Positions 60,601-64,000 of a DNA stretch of 64,000 nucleotides are shown here, in pieces. Position 1 is the first letter of the stretch, and each line of letters starts with the position of its first letter. Origin of the DNA: Nocardioides furvisabuli (GTDB taxonomy: Bacteria > Actinomycetota > Actinomycetes > Propionibacteriales > Nocardioidaceae); the NCBI GenBank assembly GCA_964021995.1, contig CAXHZJ010000013.1, forward strand, positions 52,182-116,181. The letters run 5' to 3'. The position numbers and the translations under genes are program-made. The notes below the pieces were generated by a model. That model ran no database searches. It had not been told where the DNA came from and worked only from the letters and a program-made list of their open reading frames with translations.

Positions 60601-62476
60601 GGACGACGATAGGCAGGACCTCGACGTCTTCCCCGAGAACAACGAGCGTCTCGAGCGGCTAAAGAAGCTGCCGATTACGGTGATCGTCGGGAACCCGCCC
60701 TATTCGTCGGGCCAGGACAGCGCCAACGATGACAACGCCAACGAGAAGTACCCGGCGCTCGATGCCGCCATCCGATCCACGTACGCCGAGCGTTCAAGTG
60801 CCACGAACAAGAACTCGCTGTACGACTCCTACATCCGCGCGATCAAGTGGGCGACGTTGCGGATCAAGGACCGCGGAGTCATCGCCTTCGTGACGAACGG
60901 TGGCTTCATCGACTCCAACACGGCTGACGGTATGCGCAAGACACTCGCTGAGGATTTCGACGCGATCTACGTCTACAACTTGCGCGGCAACCAGCGGACT
61001 GCGGGTGAGCAGTCACGTAAGGAGGGCGGCAAGGTCTTCGACGCAGGGAGTCGTGCGACCGTCGGCATCACGGTCCTGGTCAAACGGCCAGGCGGCTCGG
61101 GTCGCGCCACGATCCACTACACCGACATCGGCGACTACCTGACGCGCGAGCAGAAGCTGGCAAAGGTAGCAGACTCAGGGTCTGTCATCGGCCTCAAGGC
61201 TCGCGAGATTGCGCCCAATGAGCATGGTGACTGGCTCAACCAGCGCCGCGACGACTTCACTTCGTTCGTGCCGATCGCATCGAGGGAGGAGATGGCCATC
61301 GTTGGCACGTTCTCTGGCGGCTTGAAGACCAACCGCGACTCGTGGTGCTACGCATCGGGCATGGGCGCCCTTTCGGCGCAGATCCGTATCTTGCTCGCGG
61401 CCTACGACGAGGGCGTCGCTACGGGCTCGCGAGTCGGGGACACTACGCGGATCAGCTGGAACCGCAGTCTTATCGCGGACCACGAGAAGGGTCGGCGTCA
61501 TTCATTCGACGACTCCAGCGTTCGTCGAGCCTGCTACAGACCATTCTTCCGCCAAGCGGCCTACTTCAACCGCGGCCTCAACGACATGCTCTACCGATTG
61601 CCGACATTCTTTCCTACCCGCTCTCAGGAAAACGTGGGCTTCTACGCCCTCAATCCCGGCGCGGAGAAGCCCTTCTCGGTGTTGATGACCGACGGGATAC
61701 CGGATGTTGCGCTCTACGGTTCTAATGCCGGTCAATACCTTGCTAGATGGCGCTGGGAGCCGACCGATGGATCCCTCGACCTGTCGGTGAGCGAAGACGA
61801 CGTGGTGGCCGACGGCTACCGCCGCATCGACAACATCACCGACGAGGCGCTGAGGCGGTTCGCGGCGGCCTATGGCGAGGTCAGCAAGGACGACATCTTC
61901 TTCTACGTCTACGGTCTCTTGCACTCCCCTGAGTATCGCGAGACCTACGCGGCCGACCTTAAGAAGATGCTGCCCCGGATCCCGCTGGTCGAGGACCCGT
62001 GGCCCTTCGTCGAGGCCGGCCGCAAGCTGTCCGACCTCCACCTCTGCTACGAGTCCGCGACGCCGTATCCGCTCCAGGGTCTCGACGTCGACCCGATCTC
62101 CGACCCCTATGACTTCTTCCGGGTTCAGAAGATGGCTTTCGCCAAGGTTCGCGATCCCGAGACCAAGAAGCTCGTCGCCGACAAGACGCGGGTCGTCTAC
62201 AACTCGCACATCGAGCTCGGCGGCATTCCTGAGGCGGCTTACCGCTACATGCTCGGCTCCCGCTCGGCCATCGAGTGGATCATCGACCGCTACCAGGTGA
62301 AGACCGACAAGGCGTCGGGGATCGTCAACGACCCCAACGACTGGTCCCGGGAAGTGTCGGACCCTCGCTACATCATCGACCTGCTCGCCCGCATCGTCAC
62401 GGTGAGCCTCGAGACGATGAAGATCGTCGACAACCTGCCTGCCCTGGCCATCCGAGAGGACCAGAATCCGACATGA
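57683..62476 (+). CDS. Type ISP (LlaGI/LlaBIII-like) single-polypeptide restriction-modification enzyme
   Basis: Mrr-like nuclease (GIDLVA..AIQCK), SF2 helicase (MACGTGKT, DEAH, LSEGVD), N6-MTase (DGFTGTG, GNPPY) and C-terminal specificity region. Confidence 0.93.
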   Translation: MGSTIYEVLDELRATATSEADKGTRFEKLIKAYLRVDPVFADQFSDVWLWGEYPGNNGKHDTGIDLVAEDRNTGHHVAIQCKFFAPSTSVSKPMIDSFLAASGKDGFKERIIVSTTEKWNSNAEETIRQQLIPVRRIGMSELEHSRVDWAQFSIETPEYLPVHGKKTPRPHQRIAIDKVTAGFGETDRGKLIMACGTGKTFTSLRLAEENVGAGGRVLFLVPSISLLSQTVREWVGEADLPIRPLAVCSDAKSTKRSANTSEDISTTDLALPATTDVAVLKQRLADAAADTSAMTVVFATYQSIDVVAQAVDGEKFDLIVSDEAHRTTGVTLAGDSESAFVRVHDDDYLPARKRLYMTATPRIYDDNSRAKAGQSRAVLASMDDEELYGPEFHRLGFGEAVEADLLTDYKVLVLTVDEESVARTFQSQLSDGDHELDLDDAAKIVGCWNGLAKRGRAEHDFADDPEPMRRAVAFAGNIKASKRIEELFTDVTRYYVDQANLEDESGESPLSCHVRHVDGTFNALERNTRIDWLQAESKPNNARILTNARCLSEGVDVPALDAVMFLSPRKSVVDIVQSVGRVMRKAPGKKFGYIILPVGVPSGMSPEEALRDNKRYAAVWEVLQALRAHDERFDAMVNRIDLTSERDRKINVIGVGGDNSRDSVQGALDLAFGDLDAWRDAIYSKIVDKVGTRHYWQDWAKSVADIATRQTTRINALLADEDSAVAREFDVFLTGLRGNLNEGISRSDAIDMLAQHLITRPVFNALFEGSQFLDHNPVAKAMERMLAALDEHNVDDENHTLEKFYESVRMRVQGINTAEGRQRIIIELYDTFFATAFKKTVDKLGIVYTPVEIVDFILKSADDVLRQEFGQGLTDEGVRILDGFTGTGTFMVRLLQSGLIKPEDLARKYANELHANEILLLAYYIAAVNIETTYFDVMTKVAAPGGGRRAAAPGHEYVEFPGLILTDTFQSWEDDDRQDLDVFPENNERLERLKKLPITVIVGNPPYSSGQDSANDDNANEKYPALDAAIRSTYAERSSATNKNSLYDSYIRAIKWATLRIKDRGVIAFVTNGGFIDSNTADGMRKTLAEDFDAIYVYNLRGNQRTAGEQSRKEGGKVFDAGSRATVGITVLVKRPGGSGRATIHYTDIGDYLTREQKLAKVADSGSVIGLKAREIAPNEHGDWLNQRRDDFTSFVPIASREEMAIVGTFSGGLKTNRDSWCYASGMGALSAQIRILLAAYDEGVATGSRVGDTTRISWNRSLIADHEKGRRHSFDDSSVRRACYRPFFRQAAYFNRGLNDMLYRLPTFFPTRSQENVGFYALNPGAEKPFSVLMTDGIPDVALYGSNAGQYLARWRWEPTDGSLDLSVSEDDVVADGYRRIDNITDEALRRFAAAYGEVSKDDIFFYVYGLLHSPEYRETYAADLKKMLPRIPLVEDPWPFVEAGRKLSDLHLCYESATPYPLQGLDVDPISDPYDFFRVQKMAFAKVRDPETKKLVADKTRVVYNSHIELGGIPEAAYRYMLGSRSAIEWIIDRYQVKTDKASGIVNDPNDWSREVSDPRYIIDLLARIVTVSLETMKIVDNLPALAIREDQNPT

Positions 62477-63477
62477 GTGAGATCCACGGGACGGGCTTCG
62501 ACGCCATGACGCTCCACGAGCAGACGGCGTGGACGGCAGCGTTGGAGCGGTTGAACTCGACCGAGGTGAGCCGTGCCCGCGCCGCGGTGGGGCGGGCGGC
62601 GCGTCCTGTGGCCAGCGTCGCAGCCCAGGTCTGGACGAGGGTTCCCCTTCATGACGGGGTCGAGGAGCAGCTGGAGAAGGCCCTGGAAGGGCTAGTCGCG
62701 GTGACGCTCGAGCCCGCCATGAAGTCCGTCAACCTTGATCGGGTGGCGAAGCGGGTAGGCGTCCCGTGGGGTCAGTTCCACACGGTCGACCTGAAGCAGC
62801 TCGAGGCAGCCTCGCCGCGGACCCGGGGGCTCTACAGCGCAGTCGCGCTCGCAGAGGGAAGTGCAAGCGCCCTCGCCATAACCGGGGCCACTGTCGCTAC
62901 CACCGTGAGTGGCGGCACTACTGCCGCGGTCGCCGTGGGTGCCGTTGCTGCAGATGCCGCGTCCAGCATCGCGCTCCTGGGTCGAATAGTCGCCGTCGCT
63001 GCTGCGGAGTATGGCTACGACGTGCGTGACCCCGAGGAGGAGATCTTCGCCCTCGGCGCGATCTCCGTAGGGTCCGCAGGTTCTCCCGCAGCCAAGATCG
63101 CTGCGCTTGCCTCGCTGTCCCGCCTCACGCAGCAGATGATGCGCCGCGCGACCTGGAGCCAGCTCAACCGGAACGGACTGGTCAAGGTCATCAGCACGGT
63201 CTTCAAGGCGTTGGGTCTACGTCTGACTCACCAGAGACTGGGCCAGGCTGTGCCCATCGCGGGTGTGTTGATCAACGGCGGCATGTCCGCCCAGATGGCT
63301 GATCAGACCTACCGTCGGGCGCGGGACATCTATCGCGTGCGGTTCCTGTCGGAGAAGTACGAGATCGACCCCAAGAACTGGGTCACCGCGCAAGCCGTCC
63401 AGGGCGAGGACGAGGTTCTCGGTTCGGCGCTGGACGAGCTCGAAGCCCTCGACGAGGAGTACGGGGCAGCGCTGTGA
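62473..63477 (+). CDS. EcsC family protein
   Basis: EG.A...G..G...AD......R.VA..A..YGYD...PEE..F.L...S and C-terminal GQAVPIAG..I.G; ATGA overlap with the type ISP gene. Confidence 0.7.
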   Translation: MSEIHGTGFDAMTLHEQTAWTAALERLNSTEVSRARAAVGRAARPVASVAAQVWTRVPLHDGVEEQLEKALEGLVAVTLEPAMKSVNLDRVAKRVGVPWGQFHTVDLKQLEAASPRTRGLYSAVALAEGSASALAITGATVATTVSGGTTAAVAVGAVAADAASSIALLGRIVAVAAAEYGYDVRDPEEEIFALGAISVGSAGSPAAKIAALASLSRLTQQMMRRATWSQLNRNGLVKVISTVFKALGLRLTHQRLGQAVPIAGVLINGGMSAQMADQTYRRARDIYRVRFLSEKYEIDPKNWVTAQAVQGEDEVLGSALDELEALDEEYGAAL

Positions 63478-64000
63478 GCGACGACGTTTCTACCGGCCCC
63501 GATTTCACAGGCGGCGGCACCGAGCCCGCCGCGCACCCGTATGACCGCAGGGCCGAGGTGGAGGAGATACTTGCGAACGACGACACTCTGCTGGGCCGGG
63601 TCTACAGGTACGACCTGGCCGGCCGCACACCCCTCGAGATGGCCGAGGAAGAAGGCAACGCAGGGCCGGGTTTCGTCTACGGCTACCGCACGGCTCTGAG
63701 GGCTTTGCTGGACGAGGAAATCCCGTCCAGCACCACACTCGCCCTGGCGGCTGCTCGCCGGGTGCGCCGGTGGCTCAAGAGCATCGACATGAGCGCCGAG
63801 CTTCGTGCCGACCTCCAGACCCTCGAGCAGAAGCTGACCGCCAAGGCCGACAACGTCGAAGCCCAGCTCGAAGAGGCAGAGGACGCGGTCAAGGCGTCTG
63901 AGGCTGCCGAGGCGAAGGGAACGCCGGGCATCTACGTCTACACGCTTCCCCACTACGTGCGCTATCCCGTCGACCCTGACACCGGCAAGACGTTCTTGAA
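63474..64000 (+). CDS. GIY-YIG / T5orf172-like nuclease (truncated by the window edge; absent from the ORF track)
   Basis: Open frame from GTG at 63474 to the end of the window, ending ...GTPGIYVYTLPHYVRYPVDPDTGKTFL; GTGA overlap with the EcsC stop. Confidence 0.65.
   Translation, partial: MSDDVSTGPDFTGGGTEPAAHPYDRRAEVEEILANDDTLLGRVYRYDLAGRTPLEMAEEEGNAGPGFVYGYRTALRALLDEEIPSSTTLALAAARRVRRWLKSIDMSAELRADLQTLEQKLTAKADNVEAQLEEAEDAVKASEAAEAKGTPGIYVYTLPHYVRYPVDPDTGKTFL

Larger units (their letters stand above)
41979..64000. other. Defence island (extends beyond the window)
   Basis: Abrupt rise in A/T-ending codons after the nrdJ terminator (by eye) and a cluster of restriction, nuclease and helicase genes; no integrase in the window. 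Confidence 0.75.

Overview
High-GC actinobacterial DNA; gene content and style suggest Nocardioides (inference). Bases 1 to about 41,980 are core chromosome: ABC transporters (gluABCD), miaB, miaA, ggt, dapF, hflX, fused secDF, dinG, lexA, a LysM gene, nrdR and nrdJ. Accessory inserts there include three tandem TSP3-repeat secreted proteins, an Sqr-like gene, and two small gene cassettes bracketed by the same ~50-87 bp palindromic repeat. After the nrdJ terminator, an island with atypical codon usage (judged by eye) runs to the window edge and is dense in defence-type genes. It carries XRE plus SRA-HNH (type IV restriction), a MutT-like NUDIX gene, a Cas4/Dna2-like Fe-S nuclease paired with an SF1 helicase, a type ISP restriction-modification enzyme, EcsC and a GIY-YIG gene. 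The strongest candidate for an undescribed system is a tightly coupled five-gene minus-strand operon (53265 to 43839): a MotA/ZorA-like membrane protein with a long helical tail, a MotB/ZorB-like protein, a pseudokinase and two SNF2 helicases. This looks like a Zorya-like anti-phage module with a non-canonical effector set in a monoderm host. All assignments come from motif reading by eye; no database searches were run.
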